A stretch of 64,000 nt of DNA from Veleropilina oligotropha. Lineage: Eukaryota. This document shows positions 26,473 to 39,200 of the stretch, in pieces. A model generated the notes under the pieces. That model ran no database searches. It saw only the letters and a program-made list of their open reading frames with translations, and had not been told where the DNA came from. Location: contig JBEUKZ010000010.1 of the NCBI GenBank assembly GCA_048128005.1, positions 62,001 to 126,000 on the forward strand, given 5' to 3'. Positions within the stretch are counted from its first letter, which is position 1. Every line of letters starts with the position of its first letter. Position numbers and translations under genes: made by a program.

Positions 26473-28866
26473 TCATAGCTCCACCCGACCACCATTGCTC
26501 ATCCTCGGACCACGTTTTTTACCATCTTTTTTCTTATTATTCTTCTTCTGTGATTTATTTTTATCTGCTGCTGCCTTCTGTTGTATCTGAAAGAGTAACT
26601 TGTACTTGAATAAATGCATCAGTGTACAAGATATGTGCTAGAAACAAAGCCGATCAATGTTTATACATGTCAATTTTATCAGTGACATCAAAAATGTAAT
26701 TGATATGTTAGAAAATTCACCCATGTCACGTATTGCGTGTAATTTGTGAGTAAACAAATTTAAATTTAAATTTTAACGCTTATTTATAACCAACGGAAAT
26801 CAGCACAAAAGATCAAATATGAATGGATTTATAATCAGCATCACAGAATTGTATTAAATAATAATAATAATAATAATAATTCTTTATTTTCTGAAGGTAG
26901 TACAATTAGTCCTGGAACTATTCTCCCTTGTGGCCTTCTCTAAACTAAATATATATGTATACATACATAAAAATCAAAACAGCATATGAAACATGTATAA
27001 ATATATAGACAATAATGACTTAACTCTACACAATAGTCTAATCTACTCTACCACAATTTAAGTATTTAACAATGTTGCACCAATACAGTAAGTAACACGA
27101 CAAGAAACCATGACAAGGTGCAATCAATATGTATATACATGTATATATACTGAACAGCCAAAAGGGGGATGACAGAGTTATGTTACATAACTTTGTTTAT
27201 ATATCAGTCATCTAGCAACATGAAGTCAAAGCACTTGCTTTTGAAAATTGAAAGACTAGATGCAGATTTAATGCTAGTAGGTAAGATATTCCATATAGTA
27301 GCACCTGAGAACTGAAAACTTTTCTGAAAAAGCTGTTTTGTACAAAGTGGTAGGCAGACATTTCCATTTTCAATTGAACGCAATGCATATTCAGATGTAA
27401 TTTTAGTGAACATGTTCTGAAGATAAGGTGGGGCAATCCTATTTATACATTTATATACTAGAACTGCTTTATGATATGCAATACGCTTTTCAATATTGTG
27501 CCAATGAAGTAGTTTAAACAAGGGTTTGGAAGGCTCATCATAGGGTTTATCCAAGAGGATGCGTGCTGCTCTTTTTTGTAACTTAAGAAGCCTGTCAATA
27601 TCTTGTTTTGAACAATTTCCCCATATTGTTACACAATAGTCCATTACTGGTTGAATGTAAGCATTATAGTAAAGAATTCTTATCTTGTGGGGAAGGTATT
27701 TCTTAATTCTGGACAAAAGTGATATTTTAGATGTTAAAATTTTGCAAATGTTGTTAACCTGAACATTCCATTGGAGAAATCGGTCGACATGGACTCCTAG
27801 GAGTTTATGACTTGTGACATCTTCGATACCTGTGTTATTAATACACAAATTTAAGTTTTTGTCTTTCATATGAATTAATTTCTGCTGCGTGGTTATGAGC
27901 ATACTTTTTGTTTTGTTCTCATTTAAAAGCATGTTATTTGTATTACACCATTGCTCAATATTCTTTAGGTCTTTGTTTAATGTGGATTGGATGTTAATTA
28001 GTGATGGGCCTGAATAATGAAGGGTACTGTCATCTGCAAATAAATCGATATGAGAGTTTTCTGCATTAAGTGGAAGATCATTTATGAAAATAAGAAATAA
28101 TAGGGGACCTAAAACAGAACCCTGCGGCACTCCTGCTTTGACGACTGATGGAACAGAAATTGTATTTCCTAAACAAACATATTGAGTTCTGCCACTGAGA
28201 TAAGATTTCAATCAGATTGCCTGATGACTTAATTATGAACATGAAGGTTTTGGAGAGATCTCGCACATTGTGGGTGAGGTGAAACATATATTACCAAACA
28301 ACATATATAACACACTTACCCTAATATTTTCTTCAGTAAATGGATTCACAAAGTCTGGGTTTCTTGGTATTAAATTTATCTCTTGTGCCATCTGAATAAA
28401 ACACAAATAGTGTACATTAAAACATTATCTTTACATCTGAAATAATAAATAGTCAGATAAAAAAAGAGATTCAACTGATGAAATACGATGGAAATTATAT
28501 ATATATACGAGAGCGCTGACAGGTCTGGTCTGAATGATGCTGATAGGCAGGCAGTTTTAAACTCAGTGTTTACTTCATTTTCAAATTGCGTTCAATACTA
28601 CAAATTTAATTATGTATACTAGCAATGGTACCCGTCTTCGCCGGGTAAGTCCCCCCAGCCCAAATTTTTTTTTTTTTTTTTTGGATAGTGCTCCCTTTTT
28701 ATTTTTATTTTTTTTTCTCCATTATATTAAAAATGATAGTAAATTTTTTTTTTTTTCGCGAATTTTCCGAATTTTTTTCGTGGTAAACCTTCCTTGGGGG
28801 ACCCCGATTAACCCCCCAAAGTTTGAAGGTCCTAGGTCAAAGCGTCTGGGAGGAGTTCAACTTGAA

Positions 28867-28897
<31 letters not shown>

Positions 28898-31800
28898 CAC
28901 ATACAATTATAGCTCCATTATATTAAGATATACCAATGCTCTTATATCACTGTGCCACCGAATTAGCGATGTATTTTAAGTGCACAACAATGAACACAAC
29001 CACTTAGAATGTATCCAATATTTTTTTAACTTGCCATTACAGTCAAAGGGAGATAACTTTAAATGACTTTACCTTTCCGGTCACTTACATTAAACGCAAA
29101 AATACTGCATTAAGAATTAAATGCTATAAGAAATTCATGGAAAATTTCCAGGTGAGCTATATTGCATACCCTCCCCCCGAATAAACATCAATGCTTGACA
29201 TACCAAATTCAACAAGGTAGCACTGCCATCTTCAAAAACTCCAGTCTCATTGCAAAACCCAACGCTCCACTTCATCAGCATTTGATATTCTCGATTTTTA
29301 TCAAAGATCTTGTGAACTACATCTGGCAGACGCAGAACCATGTCGCCAAACATGGCCGTATTTTCAAGAACTTTTGACAAAGCTGGAAATAAAAAATATT
29401 TGTTAGCTCTTATGATAACGCTGGATCAAATAATTGAGTAGGCACAGATTTTAAAACGCACCCTCACCATGGACAACTGTAACTGTTAACCAAACAAAGT
29501 GCATATAGCTGACATTTCTCATGGGGTGCTACTTTTTGTGAATACCTCGATGGGGTATGTAACTGACTGAGAAGTAATCGTGTCATAAATATTACCATAA
29601 TGATAAATCATTAAGATTATAGACAAGTCAAAATGATGCAGGAATTTCATTTCCATTGTTTTAATGATATGTTAAAACCATTTCGTGGATAGCGTTCACT
29701 ATCTGTTGCTAATTCAATATTGGTTAAAAAGAGCTATTACCGGTATTACTAAGAATTTATTTACTCACAATCACGAACAGTTTCGTTGTTAGGAAACGGA
29801 TCCCCTGGTAGATACCGCCACTCTGTGAGATTAAGCTTTGCTTCCACAATTACCTGCATGGAATGGAGGCAATAATAAATTATAAAAGCAACAATTCTAA
29901 AAATACAATGAAAATGCACTGTTACAACTAATGGAGCGAGAGTTTTCTTCTTTTATGACATTGAACAAATGTCAGTCATATTACAGTCTGATCATCGAAG
30001 TTTCACCATGCCGTTATATGATGTCGATAATTGAAAACTGTTAAATATATCATGTACCGGTACCGCAGCAGTAACTGGTGTGATCACTCCACCGACACAA
30101 TGACTGGAGCATTACGGTATTTCTCACTGTCAGTGGTATGAAAAAGTTATAGTTCACTGCCAGATGAAGCTACTTTGGAGTTACGCATATCTATAATCGG
30201 ATATGGTAAGGGGGTTTATCGGAATCACCAGACATTCAGAGCTTTCCTACCACAATAATATAGACATGTCATGGTTTAATGGTATTGCATGGACCTCTGG
30301 TCTCAGATGTTCTGACAGGTTCAATCCCTGCTTGCAGAGATTGCCTTAGCTGATTGGCAAAGACAATATTTTTATCATAGCACTTATCGTAAGCATTGAC
30401 TGTAATTCTGTCAGATGGAGATGAGATGCATTCAAATTAGCTAAAATTAAATCTCAAGTTAACCAAACAACAGCCACATTTACACATTGAAGTTTCTAGA
30501 AGTTCTTGCCTTGAACAGCTGTTGGATCATCATGTCGACCAGTTTATACCGTTGACTGTAATCGCCATATTCCTGCAGTGACTTCACAGCGTCAAGTTGG
30601 ATTTTTCTGTGTTGGTGAAACAGTCGCTTATCTTATAAATTAAGGCAGTGCAACTAAATCATTGAATTTAAATGAAACAAATTGATTTAAATAAGTCAAG
30701 TAAATGAACACTTGAAACGACAGCTCTGAATTGATCATGGGGAAAGTCCATGTCCATGTCACAATTGGGAATCGAACCCAGGATCACTGGCTTTATGGTC
30801 CAATAATCATCACACCTCAGTCATGCCACCGTGAAAATAATAATTTATTTAGAAATAAAAGCAGCATCAGCCATATCATGTACCTTTTACAATTATGTTA
30901 ATTCATGGACCATATTTTCTGCGAACGTTTAGACATCAATATGTTATAATATATAAATTTATTAAGAAGTGACATACATACCAGTACCCGTATTTCTTAA
31001 TGACTCACAATTTGAGTTTGTCTTTGTTTACATAACATTAAATAGTAGTGACTCAGACTGTGACGTGCAATAAGTTTCAGTTGTGCACTAACTTTCCAAT
31101 ATTCCATTAACCTTAAATAAATTTTGGAACACGTTAGCGTTATAAAGAATTAAAAACTAAAAGATGTACATTCACCAAAATTCCAGTAATCTTGGATAAG
31201 TTAATTTTACAAACGCATTTATTAATATTATAACAAGGAAAGCATGTATAAGTTTACCTTATTGTTATGGCAAATGTAAACTGGATTTCAAACATGATAT
31301 GAAATAGTTTTAAAAAAGCAACATCTTAGATTGGGTTGGCATGATGATTAATGTCCTGTATATTTCCAACCATCAGGTTCATGACAGAACATGTCCATAT
31401 TATTGTGGGAGGAAATCATGGTCGCCGGGAGAAGCCTGGTCGCCGGGAGAAGCCTGGTTGCCAGGAGAAGCCTGGTTGCCAGGAGAAGCCTGGTTGCCAG
31501 AAGAAGCCTGGTCACCTGGAGAAGCCTGGTCGCCGGGAGAAGCCTCGTCTCCAGAAGCCTGGTTGCCAGGAGAAGCCTGGTTGCCAGGAGAAGCCTGCCC
31601 TTTCTGACAAGTAACGGACAACTGTGATTCATAACTGAACAAATAAGGCCAATATCCCAATCGAGATTCGAACCCACTACTGTTCATGTCAACAAAATCA
31701 AGCCAGTGATTTCGGAGTCGGCCACCAAAACCGTGCGACTGTTGGAGCGACCAAACAGGAACAATACTGTAAAAGTGATTTTGAAATGAAAACAATGATC

Positions 31801-33066
31801 TTCATCGCCAACATCCATGGTTGCTATAGCCAAGAGGTAATTATGCTTTACAGATAAAGATAAAATCCAACAGTAACATAATAAATATATATAGTGTAAT
31901 ATGCATAAAGCTGTGACATCAACAAAATGTGTGGTACGCACCTTCGTGACTGCAGATTAGATAAGTTTCAGTGCTTATAATTATATTAACATATATAGAA
32001 TAGCTCCATTAAAAAAAAATTAAAATAGATTATTTTGAAATTGTGAATAAATATTCGTTTGACGAACATACAGGCACTTTCCGCCATTATACATAGCGAC
32101 ACGTTAGTAACCCATGGCCTGGGGTAAAGCCACCGTACTGTAGCCATGCTTCAGGATCGCGTTTTGGTCGTACAACATCGCAAAGAACTACAAAATTGCC
32201 ACAGAACTGCTGTGTATATATATATATAAAACAAGCAAGCAAGGCAACAGTTTATTTTGGATAACAGATATATAGGCCTAGTGAGCTTCAGTTCATTAAA
32301 TTAATCAAGATGTTGGGAGGATTAAATCAATTGATCTTGACATTTTATTGTGTTTTTGACAAGCTTATCTCTAGCAAATGTTTCCGATGATAGGTCAGCT
32401 TTGTATTCATATGACTTTAAAAAAATAAAGGGTATTCCTAGCCAATAACCAAGCGAACTCTTCCGATAACTGCTTTAAATGGTACCAAATTAAATGCTTT
32501 CTTTAACCCAAGCTATCGGTTACTATGCTCGTCACATGACTTGTGATGTTGCTCCATCTTACAGAATACTACTGGAGCATTTCAATAACAAATTGGGTAG
32601 TTTGCAGTTTAAGGGTCCCCATGGTACTATTTGTTCATATACCCTTGATCAATATCCAATTGGACGATTTACGGACATTACCTTACAATATGGGCATAAG
32701 GGTTTAGGAATATATTCTATGGGCATTAGGGTCAGTGTATTAGTAAGCAGGGTTAGCTAACCCTATACTGTGGACCATTAAACTGCAAGTGCCCCCCAAA
32801 ATTAACAAAAGTGAGAAAAGGCCATGAAATTGGCTCCCGTTTGACCCTATTAAAACCTCTTATAAATTACCAATGGCATAGTAGAGTAAAAGGATACATA
32901 GTTCAATAGGAGTTCTTGTCATTTTATGACTATTTGCATCGTCCTTTGTGGAATCATTGCTGTTTTCATCAACATTATTTTTGGTAACGTCACTATTTTC
33001 ACCGCTTGATTCTGAGTATTTTATACATAGTAATGACAATAATATTGATATCTTGAAATAAAACAT
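26473..33066 (-). CDS. CCDC134: Coiled-coil domain-containing protein 134 (ER-lumen protein), about 246 aa; exons 33066-32898, 30631-30510, 29853-29769, 29382-29204, 28391-28320, 26586-26473
   Basis: Exons total 741 nt and join in frame. Signal-peptide-like N-terminus; motifs YKLVDMMIQQLFK, PGDPFP, VLENTAMFGDMVLRLP, WSVGFCNETGVF, MAQE..FVNPF, KKRGPRMS; KDEL-like C-terminus RVEL. Matches my recollection of the vertebrate CCDC134 sequence. Confidence 0.93.
26858..28211 (-). mobile_element. 5'-truncated L2-type LINE in the last CCDC134 intron
   Basis: 335-aa ORF with SYLSGRTQYV, GVPQGSVLGPLLFLIFINDL, LFADDS and GATIWN, followed by a 3' UTR, AATAAA and an (ATT)n tail. Confidence 0.9.
28619..28928 (-). 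mobile_element. Non-autonomous Helitron
   Basis: Minus strand starts A|TCTTAATATA, has a (TCTG)n tract, and ends with the hairpin ACCCGGCGAAGACGGGT followed by CTAG|T. Confidence 0.75.
31340..31725 (-). mobile_element. Diverged family-A SINE with an internal 18-bp tandem expansion (31420-31598)
   Basis: Shares TTAATGTCCTGTATATTT, GGACAACTGTG and ATAACTGAACA with 12721-12984; about ten GCCTGGTTGCCAGGAGAA-like units. Confidence 0.75.
32595..32795. mobile_element. Small MITE with internal TTAGGG-like motifs
   Basis: Inverted ends TTGCAGTTTAAGGGTCC / GGACCATTAAACTGCAA; no clear TSD. Confidence 0.45.
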
Positions 33067-33268
33067 AATATACTCGAATACAATACGTAACTCTGAACTA
33101 AAATACTATAAAAGCATATCTACTTCAAATAATCCATGTCACAAACAACAACACGTGGAAGAAAACTACACGACAACAAGGAAGGAAATCCGTTCCAGAA
33201 CGAGGGTTCTAAAAATAGCAACTTCCGCTTTAGTTTATTTCCTGGGGACTCCCTTCCACTGAATCACA
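33067..33268. promoter_or_regulatory. Putative bidirectional promoter shared by CCDC134 and YIPF6
   Basis: Only 202 bp separate the divergent ATGs. Contains AACTACA (about 33164-33170; partial ZNF143/SBS-like) and ACTTCCG (33221-33227; ETS-type). Confidence 0.65.
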
Positions 33269-36200
33269 ATGGCTGACGTGGAGTTTCACAAGGTAAATAA
33301 ACATGAACAATATCACGTAATTAATGGTTATTAGCCGATCAATATTACATAAAAGTGATAATGTATTAATTATTTAAACATTAATACACCGGATATTTTG
33401 TTATTTAACCTACAGCAAGCTTATTAATTTACTTATATCGAAGTATGAATATTTCTGATATTGATAAATGTTTTTCAGATTATCTGATTATCTAACATTG
33501 CAATTTTTGCATGACAGCAGCAGCATGGTTACGATGGTAATTTTAACTAATTTATTAAATGGTTTCAAACATTACGTATCCACTCAGCCATGCTGCCCCC
33601 CCCCCCCCCCCAAGAACTGAAGGTATTGTAATTTTGGGTCAGTTTGTCTTTGTGTGTCTGTCAACACAGGGGCCCGTAACGTTGCTTATCGTTCGTCTGT
33701 TTCCGTTTGACGATTGGCGCAGTTCATTGTTACTATATAATATAGACAAGGGAGGACACTAAGACGGGACACATCATCGATTTTCCCGACATTTCACTGA
33801 ATTATTTCATTTGTCAAAAGATGTTGGTTTGAATGGTGACCAATGACCAGCGTGTGCTGCTCTCTACTCGATAACATGACGAATAAATTGCAAATTACGC
33901 GTATTTAACACTCGGCGTCGACACTATCGATAACTAGGTTGTTCAACAAACAATATATTGAAAAATGAACTAACATACCTCTTGCAAACAATTACTAAGT
34001 CTCTCTTGTAAACAACAACTAAATAAACGGGACACATATGATCCTTCTTCCCGAATTTGACATATTCGAACCAACATCTTTTGACAAGTGAAATAATTCA
34101 GTGAAATGTCGGGAAAATCGATGATGTGTCCCGTCTTAGTGTCCTCCCTTGTCTATATTATATAGTAACAATGAACTGCGCCAATCGTCAAACGGAAACA
34201 GACGAACGATAAGCAACGTTACGGGCCCCTGTGTCTGTCAACAACCATTTATCCGATTTAGTAAATTTTTGTACACGAAATAGGGTCCACCCACGTTTGG
34301 TGGTCCTCTTAAAAATGATCTGAATCGGAAAGCGGATCAGGATTTTATGACGCCATTTCGCAATATCCAGTTTGCGGATTGTCTGTCCGCGAACATATCT
34401 CAACAACCATTCATCTGAGATAATTAAGGTCCATCCTATGCTCGGTCCATCTCAAAATTTATCCGAATTGGAAAACGAATCTGGATTTTATGATCCCATT
34501 TCTCAATTTCCGATTTGCAGATTTTCGATCAGCTCGTTCTCAGCGACCATTGATTTGATTTCTCATTTTTTGACATAAGATAGGATCCACCATAGGCTCG
34601 GTCCTCTTCAAAGAAGATCGGAATGCTGATCCAGATTTTATGACACAATTTCTGGTTTGTGAATTTTCGGCTCTAACGCTAGAATGCTTCACCGTACAAA
34701 CTTCTGACATTCACCATCATATTTCTTGCCGCCGGGATGAAGGTTTGCAATGTCGGATTGTCTTGCTTTGCTTACATGAGCATCTGCAATCGTATGGTTG
34801 TCATTTTTCCGTCATGTGAATGGAGAGTACTCTGATATCACGAAAACTGAAATGAAAAAACACTTATAGACAATAGTATGTGCCTAATATCATGTGAATG
34901 CCCAGCATATCATGTGACTTTGAAAGACCATTCCTGATCAACCAAACTTTCATGTTGCGTGACATGTGTATTCATTTTGAGGTTGTTTTAGGTAAAAACA
35001 TAATACTAGGTTTAATAGGGAGCTGTAAGTATTCAGGCCCACGTGTTGTGAGTTAATTTGTTGTACATATTTTTCAGCCTGTGATGAATGATTTACCCCT
35101 GGAAGGGGACATAATCGCACCCGGTTTAAGGCGGGAGAGTGAAGACTCAGAAATATCGACATTAGATGAGCCAGTCAGGGAAACGTTAGTAGGTATCTCG
35201 GGACACTAGTACAGTAATAAAATGTCATTTCAGCAAAAAGTATTCAAACCTATATTCTCTGTTTGTGTCGGTATTTTAGCTTCAGGAATAAAGTTGATTA
35301 TATATAAACTTCTGTTCCATTGACACATGTGGTGTATGTTTTGATATAATCAATAAGTTATCCTCAGCATGCCATTATGTACATGTGTCAACATACTTAT
35401 TTGTGAAAATTGTAAAATTAAGCAACAATTAATATACATGCGTATCAAGTATTTAAGATTGTGTAAAAATTCATCTTGAATGGTGATATGAATTGTTTTA
35501 CTTGAATAACAATATGATCACTGATAGTGTGTGCAAGGGAGGTTATGATATAGTGTTTTGGGAGAAATATACCTTGCACGTCATGTATTGAACCCAGGAC
35601 TCGGTGCATGCTTAGTATACTAATTGTATCCCCCGAAACGAAAGTATCGGGGGATACTATGGTTTAGCGTCCATTATGCCGCCGTCGAGAGATTCCTCGT
35701 GATCGCACTAGACAGACCATTTCTTAACGGAATGTTTTCAAATTTGGTATGTGCATTGGTTGGGGCGAGGACACGACACCTATAGAATTTGGGTGTAGTC
35801 CAACCTCCAAGATGGCCGCCACCGCGTCTGCCGATATATTCCTTGTCATCGCTCTGGACAGGCCATTTCTTAACGGAATGTTCTCAAATTTGGTATGTGC
35901 TTTGGTTGGGGCGAGGACACGACACCTATAGATTTTGGGTGTGGTCCAACCTCCAAGATGGCCGCCACGGCCTCCATATTGGATTTTAAAGCATAATTCC
36001 TTGTGATCGCTCTAGACAGGTCATTTCTTAACGGAATGCTTTCACATTTGGTATGTGCATTGGTTGGGGCGTGGACACGGCACCTATAGATTGTGGGTGT
36101 GGGTCGACCTCCAAGATGGCCACCACCGCGTCCGCCCCGAGAGATTCCTCGTTTTAGACAGGCCATTTCTTAATGCAATGTTTTCAAATTTGGTATGTGC

Positions 36201-39200
36201 ATTGGTTGGGGCGAGGACTCGACACCTATAATAAGTTTTGGGTATGGTCCGACCTTCAAGATGGCCGCTGTGGCATCCATCTTGGGTTTTAAAGCATACT
36301 TCCTTGTGATAGGTCTAGTCAGGTCATTTCTTAACGGAATGCTTTCAAATTTGGTATGTGCATTGGTTGGGGAGAGGAAACGACACCTATAGATTTTGGG
36401 TGCGGTCTGACCTGCAAGATGGCAGCCACGGCCACCATAATTGCTTGCGATCACTCTTTAGAGACAGGTCATTTCTTTAACGGAATGTTTTCAAATTGGG
36501 TTTGTGCGTTGGTTGGGTGCATGAGGATACTGCACTTATAGATCTCGGGTGTGGTCCGACCTCCAAGATGGTTGGCGTCGAGAGATTCGTCGTGATCGCT
36601 CTAGACAGGCCATTTCTGTAATGGAATGTTTTTAAATTTGGTATGTGCATTGGTTTGGGCGAGGACACTACACTTAAAGATCTCGGGTGCGGGCCAACCT
36701 CCAAGATGGCCGCCATCGAGAGATTCCTCATGATTGCTCTAGACAGGTTATTTCTTAACAGAATGTTTTCAAATTTGGTATGTGCATTGATTTGGGTGGG
36801 GACACAATACCTATAGATTTTGGGTGTGGTCCGGCCTCCAAGATGGCCGCTGTGGCCTCCATCTTGGATTTTAAAGCATAATTCCTTGTGATCGCTCTAG
36901 ACAGGTCATTACCGGGAGATACATATGCGGTCACTCGTGACTGAGCGTCTTATTAGTAATATCCATGATATTATGTGCATATTGCTATATATTGTATTAA
37001 TGGATGTGGCATTAATGAAATTTGAAATTAATTTCAGATGCGAGAGGCCCGAGGTGTGGGTACTAAATTTTTTCATGTGATATATCCAAAAGAAAGTCGC
37101 ATATTATTGCGAGATTGTAAGTATATTTGTTTATGGATATTATTTTTATTGTGGTTAAATGTTTATTTGCTTTTCAATGCTAAAAGACTTTAATTATTTG
37201 CCCTTAATTTCTTCAATAGTTGATTATGCATAGATATTGCAATATGTGTCTTTGTCCCAAATTAAAGTGAAGAATTATTCAATTTGTAAGTTACAATCAT
37301 GAATTTTGGAGCTTTGCTGCACGTAATCTTTGGATTATCTAAATTAAAGAGGTATTTAGCAGCTTAAGATGATATATGTATGCGTATGATGAGCCCTTAT
37401 GTATTGGCCTGCAGTGTATGGTATTTGCTACATGTATACTGATGAATGTCACCATTGCGTTTAACGATACTACATTTTAATATTGTTTTGTTCACAGGGG
37501 ATCTATGGGGACCATTACTGTTATGTGTATTTATGGCAATGTAAGTACACTATTATTGTGTCGCCTTGAAAAAGGTGACATATAGGGATCACTAGGGCGT
37601 TGTCGTCCGGACAATGGTTTCTGTGCGATAACTTTTGAAGGAATGCTTTGATTTTCATGAAACTTTATAAACTGACTTGTGGCATCAATTCACTGCCTAA
37701 GTTCCGATGATCAAGATGGTTGCCAGTGGCCATTTTGGATTTTGGCACCCGAAGTGGTTTCCGTGCGATCATTTTTGAAGGAATGCTTTGATTTCTATGA
37801 AAATTTCTACAATTACTTGTGGCAACAATTCACCGCCTAAGTTCGATTTTCACCAGTTCCGATGTGGCCATCTTGGATTTTTGTCACCCAAAGTGGTTTC
37901 TGTGCAATAACTTTTGAAGGAATGCTTTGATTTCCATGAAGTTTTCTACAATTACTTGTGGCATCAATTCACCGCCTAAGTTCGATTTTCAACCAGTTCC
38001 GATGTTCAAGATGGCCACCGGTGGCCATCTTGGATTTTGTCACCCGAAGTGGTTTCCGTGCGATAGCATTTGAAGGAAGACTTTGATTTTCATGAAACTT
38101 TCTACACTTACTTGTGGCATCAATTCACCGCCTAAGTTCGATTTTCAACCAGTTCCGATGTTCAAGATGGCCGCAAGTGGCCATTTTGGATATTTGTCAC
38201 CCGAAGTGGTTTACGTGCGATAGCATTGAAGGAATGCTTTGATTTTCATGAAACTTTCTACACTTACTTGTGGCATTAATTCACTGCCTAAGTTCGATTT
38301 TTAACCTGTTCCGCTGTTCAAGATTTCCGCCAGTGACCATCTTGGATTTTGTCACCCGCAGTGGTTTCCATGCGATAACTTTTGAAGGAATGCTTTGATT
38401 TTCATGAAACTTTCTACAATTACTTGTGGCATCAATTCACTGTCTAAGTTTGATTTTCAACCAGTTCCGATGTTCAAGATGGCCGCCAGTGACCATTTTG
38501 GATTTTGTCACCCGAAGTGGTTTCCATGCGATAACTTTTGAAGGAATGCTTTGATTTTCATGAAACTTTCTACAATTACTTGTGGCATCAATTCACCGCC
38601 TAAGTTCGATCAATGTATTTCTTCAAGAATAACGGTCCCGTAGGCGACACATCCACTTCCGTGGAATTCTTGTGTATGAAGAAATTGTTAATTTTTTTTA
38701 AATATTAAAAGGGCAATGCTTTCGTATGAAATTGTCTTAGGAAATGACATAATTTTTTCAAGTTACGAGTCACAGTTGTCCGTATTCATGTACGGTGTCT
38801 CCATTATACACAGCATCTACTCATCTGATATATATGCTATACAGAGGGTCCAGGTTTCAATACTTCTGAAAACTTGTTATAATGCGGTTTGCAAAATTAT
38901 CTTCAAATTGTTTTAAAAATGATTTAAATTGCTATAAAGCATTGGTTTCGGACCTTATAAACTACATTTGAGTGTCTTGGATCTGCTGTCATAATCCACT
39001 GTGATGCACGTTATGCTTACTCTCCCTGACGCCTTCTGGTGGATGGGGGACATAGTAGTATTCATGCTTGTACATACGTCCGTTGCGGATTTTCTCACAT
39101 CTTTTCTTGCCATTTAGAGAAATTTTTGGTTTCTGAAACATTACAGATCAACTAAACACATCATGGCGGTAGATCAAGTTCAAATATTAGGAATTTATTT

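Larger units (their letters stand above)
30632..32897 (-). other. U12-type (minor spliceosome) GT-AG intron in CCDC134
   Basis: Minus-strand donor GTATCCTTT at 32897; branch-like TGCCTTAAT (30647-30639) just before TTATAAG; no polypyrimidine tract. Confidence 0.88.

Noticed and set aside
31341..31795. Repetitive ORFs (PGEAWL, QEKPGC, ATRLLL, NQASPG)
   Set aside because: By-products of an 18-bp repeat inside a SINE, open in several frames on both strands.
35749..36731. Cluster of similar short ORFs (MCIGWGE..)
   Set aside because: Translations of the tandem units of a non-coding HINE-type element.
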